A stretch of 63,909 nt of DNA, the filler included, from Hausera hauseri (taxonomy: Eukaryota), in NCBI GenBank assembly GCA_046269625.1. It is 13 parts of 13 records of this genome, joined end to end, with 100 filler letters (N's around TTAATTAATTAA, not from the genome) between each part and the next. Parts side by side here need not be neighbours in the genome. Positions count along the whole stretch, not along the records: positions 9,601 to 14,723 come from JBJURY010328604.1; positions 14,824 to 19,577 come from JBJURY010448802.1; positions 19,678 to 24,387 come from JBJURY010465578.1; 10 more parts are not named here. One strand, given 5' to 3'. A program made the position numbers and the translations under genes. The notes under the pieces are model-generated. The model was not told where the DNA came from. It ran no database searches and saw only the letters and a list, made by a program, of their open reading frames with translations. Shown piece by piece: positions 10,437-22,800 of the stretch (its first letter is position 1; each line of letters starts with the position of its first letter).

Positions 10437-13400
10437 TCAATGCCCCTACGCCCAACTCTTATTCCGCCCCATTCACTTACGCTTATCATCAATGCATAGT
10501 AAAGCGACTTTTGCATTGGTCACCGTATACAACTGGTGATCAATTGATGGGATGATCGTTTGAGAAACAACGATCTTTGATTGTCCGTCTCCTTCATAGA
10601 TACGGCGATAATCACTGATTTATTTCCGTCTGGGCCAACTGAACTCCTTTAGCGCGCATTTCCGGTCCACCGTCAGTTAAAAGGCTATAACATTTTGGCC
10701 GTAGAAATACCCATTCCCGATACTGAACTCGACCTTCACTTTCATTCCTGAAGCAGCCGATTTTGTTTGTGATGGCGTTGCTGTACAATGGATGATACTG
10801 TGGGTAATTGGGCGTGTCCAGTAATCCGTCTGCCATCATTTGCCACAGTAGTTGTTTGCGATTGACGTTTTTCAGTTGAAGAAAAAACTATCTGTTTCAC
10901 CGGCAATTAAAATTGATCTCGCATCTGCCGCCGCCGCCAATCATTTGCCGGTAACGTTACAAATCGTGATACTGCAGCTCATATATCCGCAGCTTGCTCA
11001 GATATAACTTGGTCGGACCTGTACGACTTCTTCCCTGTTTAAAAGCACGGCAACCAATCCATCGACAATGTGCATTGATCGCCTGAACTGCGTCTTACTC
11101 GTGCAACTGCTCTTCGTTATTGCACAGGCGTACATTGAGCCGCTTTTTCAGATTATTTACTGTTTTTCCGTAGAGAATTTTTTTTCAGTTTGTAATAGTC
11201 ATTTTCACACTTCGTACAAGCCGCAGCGCGTTTTTCCGAATTCCGATTGATATACGGCTTGAATATCGGAGCCTATGCGAATCGGATTTGCGCGATGCAG
11301 CTGTGTGACGCGTACACACAACTGCATGTAAAATTGTAACAGACGCCAATGAACTGTAGTTTTGTTTCGGTTCATGCGTCATAAGCAGCTTCTTCACCTT
11401 CGAGCATGATGGACATCGACTGATTGTTGCTACCGGCAGTTTATCCAGAAAGTCATGCAGCTCATCTGGTACCACGAGATCGACTTCCATCAGGTATCCG
11501 ATTGAGCTGTTTTCTGTTGTGTCTGTTCTCGACATATTTTCCAGTATTGTATCCAGGTTCTGTTTGTCAACTATCCATTCGAATGAACCGTACGGCAAGG
11601 GTTGCGAAAGCGCCTAGCTGTACAGGTTATTAATGTCGATATACAACAGTGATGTTGTATCATCACTGGTTACGTGATGTTTGTTGACAAATGTCATGCC
11701 GCCACGAATTCTAACATCAAACATTCGGTACATTTTCGGGTCTTGCAACAGCTCGAAATCCCGATCCAGTGACATCAGAACTGATACCCAACTCTTTCCG
11801 GGTATTGAGGAAAAGTTGAGTGGCTCCAGCCTATCTTCTTCCAACGCTTTAGCTCGAAATGTCTGAAACAGATCGGCTGACAGGTACACATCTAATTTTA
11901 AATAGTGAAGCATGTATTCCAACAGGTTTCTGCAGCCGAGCTCGACTGTGCTTTGTGATATTCATCTTCTCTGATACCGGGCCATTGTGATGGTAATTCG
12001 TCTGTTATCTGGAGCCGCTCGTACGATATCAAAAAGTCATATTGGAATATGCCTTTGCTGCGCGCAATATGCACAGGGAATTGAGTCAATGTTAGCGGCA
12101 CATCTGGCAAGGCATTTACCAGCTTTGCCAATGATTCATTGAGAAATTGCAATGAATCAAGGTATCGTACCTCGAACCGGTTTATGCGAGCAGACAGTGA
12201 CAGGTATTTTTCCATCGTAGGTGGAATTACGGATAGTTCTCTGTGCGGAAATCCGTTTATTGCCCATTTCAAAATATGGCGACAATCATAACCCCTGAAG
12301 TTATGAAATACCTCCGGTAGGAATGGCCGCATACGACTTGCCAAATTGCATGAATTACATGCGGCTTCGAGATATCGACCGGTAAAATGATTATGATTCG
12401 GGACGAGCCGTTCGTGTGCATCAGACGGTAATATTTTGTGGCACAGGTAACATTCATCTGTGACTGCAAACGTCAGGCGTTCATTTTCAACTGTCCAGAT
12501 CAGAGGTTTGGTGCTATTATCGCAATACCACGGTGCGATTTCAGTTTCCACTATGGTTTGCAACTGCCGCAAGAAATCGCGTACACAATTCCATCCGTTG
12601 AAAACATAATATTGAGGTTGACCTGCAACTTTTATTGAGACAACCAACATACCGACGGCGATTGGAACATATTTTTAGTCATATATGTTGTGCCGTGGTA
12701 CGATAGCTTTGATATCGGCACATACTACATATGCCGGACTCTGTTTTTGACCAATCAGTGAACCTTAGTTCCTTTTTGACGGGCATGATATACATTGTGG
12801 TTCCTGACGAATTTTGTCTGCACAGAGTAACATGTTTCTCCCATGTTTTCTACTTGAATCCATGAAGACATACAGGACACCATTTACTCTGTATCTGTTT
12901 TTTGAAGAAGTGGTCATGTTCCATGTTCAGCAGTCTCTCCAGATTTGTCACTGCAACGTAATGATACTTTTCCTTTTGCTCCAATAGCAACAAATTTAAT
13001 GAGCGGCCATTTAGGTTTCGACTACGATAGATTATATCCACATGAGGATTTTTGTAAATTTCTTCATCCGCCGGTATTTCTATTATTATGTTGTACAGGA
13101 ACACATTGATTGCCAGTGTCGGATTACGCGGTTCAAATGCCGGAATGGATTTCAGTTTCATCGGCATTCAGCTTTCATCAAAGTCCAATTCAGAAAAATA
13201 CTGACGATATTGATTTGGACGATATGCACCATGTCTGGCCACTTTGCCATATTTCAATACCGCTAGAATACTGTAAAGAAAACAGTATTCATCGCCAGTA
13301 TTTTTTATATTCACTACCGCCAGAGCTGCAGGTGTCAGTATGAATTTATGTCACTAGACTTTGTTATTATAAAGCTGAGGGTAACAATTCGTATAATTCG

Positions 13401-14310
13401 CCATCCACTACCTTTTTCCTCGTAGTTGGCCATTTTCTCCTCGAGCTTTTCGCCTACATCGCCAATAAAATTTTCGGCGTATGGTACAGCTCGATGTGAC
13501 AGGTACCATTGTTTTCTGTCACATTGTACGTTTTCGAATTCTGCAAGTGCATAATATTGCACTTTGCAATAATGTTGGAATTTCTCCACTTCTGATTCCA
13601 ATCGGTTGCACACATTTTGCGGAACATGTCTCAATTGCGTTGTTGTTTTCGCCGACATGTTCACTTTGATATCCACGTACGATCTGTTCAGATCGTACTT
13701 GACTGTAATATTGGGAATATTGGCTTCCTGTGGCTCCTATTCTTGTTGTTGTTGTTGATGCTGTTCCTGTTGCTGCTATTGCTGCTGCTGCTCGGTTCTG
13801 ATTAAGTCGTCAAGACTTGTTCAGGACTGACGTTTCCTACTGGTTGTTGAAGGGCTGCCTCTGCTGCTTTTAGTTGAGTCCATAACTAGTTGTTTTTTTG
13901 GCCGCTGAAACGGGTTGAAACGGTTCTTGTGCAGATTATAAAATTGTTCATAGTTGATTTTAGCAACTATTGAACAACCGGGACATACAGGCCCGTTTAT
14001 TGTGCAGCTTTGTGGTGCCATAGTACGGCTCCATTGTACTATGACAGCCACTAACATTGTGCACTTTATTATTGCAGTAGTGTGGGTATGTGAATCAATG
14101 CTCAACCATCATCTTAGACCGAGTAAACGGTCCGAGAGATTGCTTGTGCATTTCATAAAAATCGGGGTACGGACAGTGGGTTGGAATGTTACACGTCGGA
14201 CAAAAATACGTGTCCTTTCCTCCTGCTTTGTAATAATTCGCCATCTGTTGATGACACTGATCCACCTCATGTATTCGAGAGACGCAGTACATGGGATATT
14301 GCAAACATTT
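10437..14310 (-). pseudogene. polB: Protein-primed PolB, second Polinton-like family, including N-terminal Cys/His repeats
   Basis: EKGSGWRI, HNHFTGRYLEAACNSCNL, FHNFRGYD, YLDSLQFL, IRGGMTF, LYIDINNLY, FLRPKCYS; poly-Gln linker near 13740-13790; many stops and frameshifts. Confidence 0.93.
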
Positions 14311-14483
14311 CTAAATGCAAAACAAATTAACATCTATTAAAATTATAAATAAAATTAATTAAAATACATACATTTGTAAAATTAAACATTAAACACAACC
14401 CCGATGGTCTGTGAAATTGTCTTACTCTGTAATAAACATTAGTTCCCCATACTACTACTACTAATAATAATAATAATGATGAA

Positions 14484-14723
14484 ATGGAACAGTACATTGA
14501 AAATGAAATTCAGAAATTGACCGATGACATAATGACGGGACATGTGTTTGATGTACAGTTTTTATGTGAACTCACAGAAACGAGAATAATGAGCAGGCGA
14601 GAATATATTGAATTAATAGTCAGATCTCTCTTCATAAAACGTATCGAGGATGAAATGAGACGAAAACGACAACAACAAAAATGGCGGATTAATTTCCTCA
14701 TTGCATTTGTATTTACTGCTTCG
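14484..14723 (+). CDS. Hypothetical protein divergent from pPolB, truncated at the spacer
   Basis: Open ATG frame; helical, basic, then hydrophobic segment. Confidence 0.35.
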
Positions 14724-15024
14724 NNNNNNNNNNNNNNNNNNNNNNNNNNNNNNNNNNNNNNNNNNNNTTAATTAATTAANNNNNNNNNNNNNNNNNNNNN
14801 NNNNNNNNNNNNNNNNNNNNNNNAAAAAGCACAAAATGCAATATTAGGTGCAAATTTTACACATAGAAGTACCATACTAACAACATCGTTTGCATATACC
14901 ATGCACAATTTAGACATAATGCACACAAATGTATCCCAGATTGCCCTTTTAATAGCAACATACAGCATTCAAGCTAAGGACATGCTAGTTTCAGTTCTAA
15001 CAGCCGTCGAGGTTCTCCTGTTTC

Positions 15025-15059
15025 AAAAAACTAACTCCGCCACCAGAGTTTACGGCGAG
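15025..15059 (+). promoter_or_regulatory. Putative -1 ribosomal frameshift signal between gag and pol
   Basis: A AAA AAC then gag TAA, followed by a CGCC/GGCG stem; pol is open in the -1 frame; equivalent site in the second copy. Confidence 0.7.
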
Positions 15060-18000
15060 AAATGGTAACGGCCATTCTTCGCATGTAAATAGCCGAAAAA
15101 TTTCTTTCGCGGTATTCACGTTGAGAGCTTCTACCATAACACTACCATTTCAATACATAAACTTTCTCATCGACACAGGTGAAACTATACCGCTATTACC
15201 GCTCACTTTTCCAGTTGAAAATGTACCATCTAAAACAAAATCCCTTTTTACAGCTTCTGGGCAGTCGTTACACGTTTACGGCACCTCTAGACTCTTTCAT
15301 TTTGTCAAACTTTACTTCAAAGTTTATTTGGACTTTTACCGTTGCAAATGTCCAGACAGTTCTTCTAAGGTCTGATTTTCTATCTCATTACAATCTTCTA
15401 GTGGACTTTAAACAACGTTGTTTAAAATATGGCCAAAAGAATCAAATTGACCAGACGAATGGCGTATCCGCTGTCGCGTAAATGAAGGTCACAAGTAAGC
15501 CCATATTAAAAAAATTTTCAAATAAACAGACCTTTTTAAATAATCACAACTTATTCCATAAAATTTTAAAATATGACATTTATACTGAATCGAATTTGGA
15601 TGTTGACAACTATGATTTTGTCGCCACCGTAAAAACACTTAATAAAATTACTGCCTCAAATACAATATTTAACACGACCATACTACATCAAATACCTCTC
15701 GATCTTAATCCACAAAGTGAGTCCCATATTTTACCTTTTAATGATAAAACTGTCTCGCCTTCAACCGATCTTTCACAATTACCTAAAAGTCTGCAACATT
15801 ACGTTAATACGCCATGTACTCGCGTAATTCAGAAAGATAGGTACTTTGTATCAGCAAACTGTACTTTCCATTACATCGTAACACAACACCAAAGACCTAT
15901 TAGCTAAAAGGTGCGTCCACCATTTCTGCGCCGAAGACAGGCCGTTGAAACTGAATTCCTAAATCTCGAACGCTCAGGCATAGTACGCCGATCAATGTAA
16001 CCATGGTCTTTGCCTTTACATGTTGTTCAAGAAAAGACGGATTGTTTTGGCCGTGCGATGACTATCGACAACTAAACTCTTTGACCATAATGGACGCGTA
16101 CCCCTTACCGTTGATAAAAGACATTACATAATCTCAACGGCACGACAATTTATTCTACTATTGATCTGACCAAGGCGTATCACCAAATCCCGGTGGCACC
16201 CTCGGATATCGAAAAAACCGCCGTTACTACACCCTTCGTCCTTTGTGAATATTAATATATGCCTTTTGGTCTAAGAAATGCAGCACAAACCTTCAAACGT
16301 CATATAGATGCAATACTTTCTTATCTTCCTTATGTTCATCCTTACATTGATGACATTTTAGTTGCTTCTTCATCCAGTAAACAGCATCAGAACATTTACG
16401 ATCCGTTTTCGCCGTTTACACCAACACAGTCTCCAGATAAACTTTAAAAATGTCATTTCTTTCAACGACGCATAAATTTCTTCGGACATGTTATCTCTTC
16501 TGATGGGCATTCTCCTCAACCTGACCGAGTCCAGGCCCTCAAAAACGTTCAATTACAGCGAACAACCACTGAAATGAGGAGTTTCCTCGGCACATTACAT
16601 TTTGTCCACAAGTATGTCCCATATTGCTCAGAGCTAACCGCTCCCTTTGCTCATCTAAGTGGCGGAAAGAAGCATCAGCCAATACAGTGGACGAGGAAAC
16701 TCCTAGATAAGTTTGATAAGTTAGGAGAAGGCCTAAAAACAGTCGAAATATTAGCATACCCTCAGCCAGACACTGAGATTATTCTTACTACAGACGCCTC
16801 TACCACTGCCGTAGGTGCTGTACTGCACCAGATTCATAAAAAAGGAAATCAACCACTGGAGTTCTTTTCACGCAAACTAACACCCCTTGAAACTTTCGAC
16901 CGAGAACTACTGGCAATATTTTTTTATTTAAAACACGTTTCGAATTTGCTAACTGCCCGCCGTTTTACTATACAAACCGATCATAAACCCCTCATAAATA
17001 TAATGGGGATGAAACAACCGTCTACTCAGCAAGAACGACAGATATCGTACTTGTCGATGTTTAATTTTGAAATTAAACATATTAATGTCGTTAACAACTT
17101 AGTATCGGATTTTCTGTCTAGGTCAGTTAGTTCAATTGCTATTAAACCCATTTTCATTAAAAACCAACTTCAGGACAACCAGCCACCTCAAAACATTCTT
17201 AAATCTTTTAAATTGTGGAACATCGTTGACGGTTTGGTTTTAGACACGTCCAAACCAGGATAGTCTAAAATAATCTTAGCACCTGCTTTGCAAAAAGAGG
17301 CTTTCAACAGTGTGCATTCTCTACACCATACGGGTGCTACAGCCACTTTTCGCTTACTTCACAGACAGGTAGTTTGGCCGCCAATGCGTTCCGATGTGCA
17401 AGCCTGGGTTAAGGAGTGCGTGGCTTGCCAGAAATTTAAAACCACCAAGCATTTGAAGCCACCACTATATAATGTCCCTTGCACATCACGTTTCGAGACT
17501 GTTCATATAGATCTGGTTGGCCCTCTCCCTCCAGACAATGGCCATCAATATATCTTGACCATGATGGACCGTTCCTCTAGATGGCCAGAAGCCGTCCCAT
17601 TGTGAAGCACAAACACTGATACGATAGCCGAAGTTTTCATCCGCACTTGAATCAGCAGTTTGGATATCCTAGATTTATCATTTCCGACCAAGGCCCCCAA
17701 TTCGAATGCAACCTGTCCAAATCACTCGTTAGCAGATTTGAAATCAGTAATATACACACTAGACCTTATCATTCCCAATCGAATGCCCTTATTGAGAAAT
17801 TCCACAAAACCCTGAAAACGTCGCTAAAAATTCATGCTTAATCCAACAGTAGTTGGACAGCTCTTCTTCCTTTGGTTCTGCTTGGCTGGCGGAACATTCC
17901 GTCCACTACCACAGGATGCTCACCTACCGAAGCCTTATTTGGGGCGCCTGTTCGTTCTTTGTTTGAACTAACCACTCTAGATAATACGCCTACAGAAGAA

Positions 18001-18776
18001 ACGATCAGAGCAGCACAGGACCATTTTGTCACAGTCAGTAAAGACTCGTTCTGTAGAATACTACACAACAATAAAATGTATTTACCCGACAATTTATATT
18101 CGGCAAAGTTTATTTGGCTACGGTATCAAACGCCTTGTGGTTTTCAACCGCAGTATCTAGGGCCCTATAAGCTAATTTAACTACATTCTCACAACGCTGT
18201 CAGTTTTAAAGACGGCAAGGAACTAGTAGTCCATATAAATAACGTAAAACCTGCCTATTTTGTAGATGACATATCTCCAACCGATACTTCGACATATTTC
18301 CTAACTCCTTCATTTACTTCTGTTTCTGCTGCTGCCTCTACTCCTACTCCATCTTTTTCTGTTCCCGCATCTATTCCACCTCCTATTCCTATCCCTATCC
18401 ATACTCTATTTTCTCCTCCAGCTCCTTCACATGTTACTACTTCGCCCTCCCACTTCCTATTTTTGGGAACTCCCTTAGATAATATCAATTATCCACCTTC
18501 AGTTACTTTTTTTCCCTCTTCTGTTTTACCCCTGCAGGACAATACACTCAGCGAGACACAAAGTTACATCGTTTCTCCCAAAGCATCTCAGCAAACAGAG
18601 GCAAAAGCAAAAACATATCGCAAAACTGTCACTTTCAGAAAGTACAGTAAGGAGAAAAACATCGAAGGTATACAAGGTCTGGTTCATGCTAAAACCGAAT
18701 AGGCAAATCACGCTGTTTACTTCGTGATTTTCGTTCTTTTCATACTTATCGTTTTCAACCCACCCACGGGAGATGA

Positions 18777-18947
18777 CGTGGTGCCTACTGCTCATTTTGC
18801 CCTTCGGTCTGTTTTGGCCGGACACGGCCGGATATGGTGGTTGCGTCTCTTTGGCGTCGTCTTGCCGGGACTTGCTTACGTCTCTTGGAGATTTTGTCTA
18901 CTGGCCATTTTTCACAAAACGCCGTCTCATTGTTGTATATGACAACA
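18777..18947 (+). repeat. 3' LTR (about 170 bp) after PPT GGGAGATGA
   Basis: Starts (C)GTGGTGCC (TGTGGTGCC in the related copy near 27500) and ends GACAACA. Confidence 0.65.
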
Positions 18948-19872
18948 TGATAAAATCACTTTCAGAAATTTATCAACGACTAAAGAATTGGATTTAAAAA
19001 AAAGAAAAAAATTTGATGATGATGTGACAAGAGAAAATATAATGAGAATTTATTGGCACCTATCAATCAACCAATACTTCAGCCTTCATCATACTATCAA
19101 CATATATCGCATTTTATTTAATAATTTCGTTTTCATGGAATGTTGCCGAAAATTTTGTGTCGGATGCTTATATTCTTCTTATTAGTTCCACATTTCGTTT
19201 GCTAGTTTTTTGGACAATCACCGGGGGTTTTGGAGCAATTTCTGAATTCTGCCGACTCAATATCGATGTTATTTTAATATGTGCACGTAGGAAGATTGGC
19301 AGAATTTCAAGTGAAAAATTTTAAAAAATTGATTGATTATCGTTGGTTAAACTCGTGTTGATTATACTAAAATATTTTACAATCGTTATGGCAAATGTTG
19401 AGTCAGAATTGTATGTATTTGGAATGGATAAATCCCCCTATGATTATGATCATCATGGTGTGCTACATATCGTTTTCGGGGGTCGATTGATGCACCCAAT
19501 ATTCACCGGTATAAATTCTATTCTAAATCATCTTAATTTTCGTCAGTGGCATCCTGTACAAGTATCCCAATATGACANNNNNNNNNNNNNNNNNNNNNNN
19601 NNNNNNNNNNNNNNNNNNNNNTTAATTAATTAANNNNNNNNNNNNNNNNNNNNNNNNNNNNNNNNNNNNNNNNNNNNAGAGACTATGAAAAATGAGTATG
19701 GCAACTTTCTAAAAGCACAGAATGTAGAAATATAACAATTGAAATTTAAAGTCCAGTAAAAGGGTTAAATAGCAGAAGAGATACATTTGAAAAGAGAATT
19801 CATGATCTAGAATACAGTTTTCAAGAAATTATACAGAAAATTCAATCGTTCCTTCAGGGTTGTAATCCTTAT

Positions 19873-22800
19873 GTGGCATTGTACAAACAATTATACAACG
19901 AGCCATCAGAAAATGCTCACCTCGTTTTCAAAACGACATCGCGTAGGATAGACGGTCCAGTATTGGGTGAGAAACCTTCGACAACAGAGGTAGCAGCGGT
20001 AATCAGTTGCGAAAACGAACAGTTCGCGCCAACGAAAGTGTGCGTGTGGAAAAAAGGTGCGGCCAGATCTCATACAATTAGTAGAGGTAGTGCTCTCATT
20101 GAGCCATTTCAGTACCCTTTACTTTATCCAGAAGGGAAACCAGGATGGGGAATAGACAGGAAGGACAACAGCAACAGGAAATTAACGCTTTTGAAATACA
20201 CGAGGTGTCTTCTCTTGTCAGAAGACAGATTTTCAAAATTCGGTCGACTCTCCGAGACGTGGCTAGTTGATATGTTTGCTCGGATAGATGAAGAAAGATT
20301 GCAGTATATCCGTCGTATACAACTAAATAGAAACAGAGAAGGAGGACTCAGAACAGCTCCTCTTGACGAGCTAGAAGAAGCTGGAAACGTAAACAGAGAC
20401 ATCCAGGGTGATGAGACCGTACAAGGAGAAGGCGGCATCATGCCAGGTCGAGTGTACCTCCCAAGCAGTTACACCGGAGGGCCGAGATACATGAAAGTAG
20501 CCTATATGGATGCAATGGCTTTGGTATCTCGTTTCGGTAGCCCGACTTATTTTTTAACATTTACCGCGTTTGGAAGTTGGGATGAAATAAAAATGTCGAA
20601 ACATCCGAATAGCAAACAGGAGGCTCATTTGGTCAACCGTGTATTCAAATTAAAATTACAAGAATTGTTAAATGATTTAAGATGCGGAAAGTTTTTTGGA
20701 GAATTAACCTACATTGTTTGGGTTATTGAGTTTCAAATGAGAGGCCTACCACACGCACACATTTGCTTTAGAGTAGGGAATGGAGGGCCAGTTCAGGGTG
20801 AGGAGATAGATCGGGTAATTCGGGCGGATATCCCTAAAATAGATGAGGCGGGCGGTAGGTTGCGTACCCTCGTGTTGAGACACATGACACATGGGCCATG
20901 CGGTCCAGGTCATCGCACAGATCTTCCATGCTGGGATGAAGAAGTGCGCAAATGTGCAAAAAATTTTCCAAAACCGGTAACCAGCACAACTTATATCGAC
21001 GACAGGGGCTTCGTTCAGTACAAGCGCGATAGGAATAACAAAGGGGAAATACAATTCAGGGGTAGATTTATAAGTGTCGACGATACTTGGGTTGTTCCCT
21101 ATAATGCTGCACTTCTTTTAAAATATGAGTCTCATATTAACTTGGAGATCGCGTCCGCAGCTAGAGTGGTAAAGTACTTGTTTAAGTACATATCGAAGGG
21201 GGCACCGCTTCGCAGGATGGCTGTCGTGGAAGGCAATGAAGAACCTGACGAAGTGGAACAGTACGTAACGAAACGGTACATAGGAGCCACCGACGCGGCG
21301 TGGAGAGTCCTTGAATTCCCGATAATAGGTCGCAAACCGACAGTCCAGCATTTACCGGTCCATATTGAGGGGAAGCAGTCTGTTTATTTTCTTGTTGGTA
21401 AGGAACAGGATGCAGTTCGGAAATCTACATCCCGTTTGATAATATACTTTGATAGGCCCAAGTGTGAAGAAATGGAGAACCTAACGTATCTTGATTTTTA
21501 TGAAAGGTTTAATGTCGTAACAAAAAAACCGTCTTCAAGTAGGGTTCCCATCTATGACCATGCTGATGGTCTGCATTTTGTTTTTCAGAGGCAGCGTGGT
21601 GAATCGGTTGCTAGGATGTTCTGGGTTGCTCCATCTTGTGGGGAACAGTTTTACCTTAGAGTTTTGCTGTCTAAGTATCCTTGCAGAGGTTACTCTGATT
21701 TATATGCTCTCGGTGGTCCCGAATGTACCACGTTTCAACAAGCCGCTAGGGCGTTAGGATTGGCGGATGATAGGAAAGAGTATTTCGAAGCTCTTGATGA
21801 GGCTGTAGGATTTATGAAAGCGGATAGGTTGAGGCAGTTTTTCGTCTTGCTGCTACAAGCAGGTTGTTCAGCTCCAGAAATGTGGATTAAATTCAGATCT
21901 CATTTAGCGGAAGATTTTTTAGTGCAGTTTCCCAATAATGAAGAAAAATCATTTAAGTTGGCCCTCATACATATCGACCGTTGTTTACGTCGTCAGGGAT
22001 CGTGTTTAAAAGTAGTAGGTCTTCCACACGTTGACGATGTCACAACAGAGTTGGGTAGGGAGAAGATGGAGTATAGTTCTTTGTTAGAAGGAAGATTTGT
22101 ATTAGAATGGCAGGAGAAACTCTCCTCCGATCAATCGGAAACATTTGAATACGTTAGGGATTTAATTAGAAATAACAGCACCTCTTCGGAAAAGTCAAAA
22201 ATCCTGTTTATAGACGGTCCAGGAGGTTCGGGAAAGACACTCCTTTTAAAGGTAATCGCCGCGTACGTCCGTTCCTTGGATTTAGTGGTTATCTGTGTAG
22301 CTAGTTCGGGAATAGCAGCCCTTAATCTTCGAGGCGGCACCACTGCCCACAGCATGTTCAAATTACCGTTAGAGTTGCGCGATGATGGTTATTGGTCCAT
22401 CACAAATCTTTCCCAAAGAGCGGAATTGATTAGGGAATCGTGTTTAATAATATTCGACGAAGCCTCAATGGCTCATAGAAGTATTATTGAAACGTTAGAA
22501 AGATCGATGCGGGATCTAATGAATTCGAATGAAATTTTTGGAGGCAAAATTATCATTTTTTCCGGAGATTTTCGACAAATTCCACCCGTCGTTCAAGGGG
22601 CTAAAACTCCCTCGGAAGTAGTCAATTCTTCGGTAATTAATTCTTTTATTTGGAAGACTGTGAAGACTTTCAATCTTCATACGTCTCATCGTGTCGCAGG
22701 TCACATTAACTATAGTAATTTTTTACTTCAATTAGGGTCCAATAGGGTAGAGCAAAACAGAGTAGGTGAAGGGAATGAGGTTCTTGTAGCATTACCAGCA

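Larger units (their letters stand above)
14824..18947 (+). mobile_element. Ty3/gypsy LTR retrotransposon (CsRn1-like clade), decayed, 5' truncated
   Basis: Gag end CIYHAQFRHNAHKCIPDC (CHCC); protease FLIDTG; RT MPFGLRNA and YIDDILVAS; RNase H TTDAS; integrase HIDLVGPLP, ISDQGPQF, GPY; PPT and LTR. Confidence 0.95.

Noticed and set aside
14451-14462. (ACT)4 as a Polinton terminus
   Set aside because: No TIR partner is visible; it merges into an (AAT)n run before an ORF, and a similar ACT run precedes the protease ATG near 28838, so it is more likely a UTR microsatellite.
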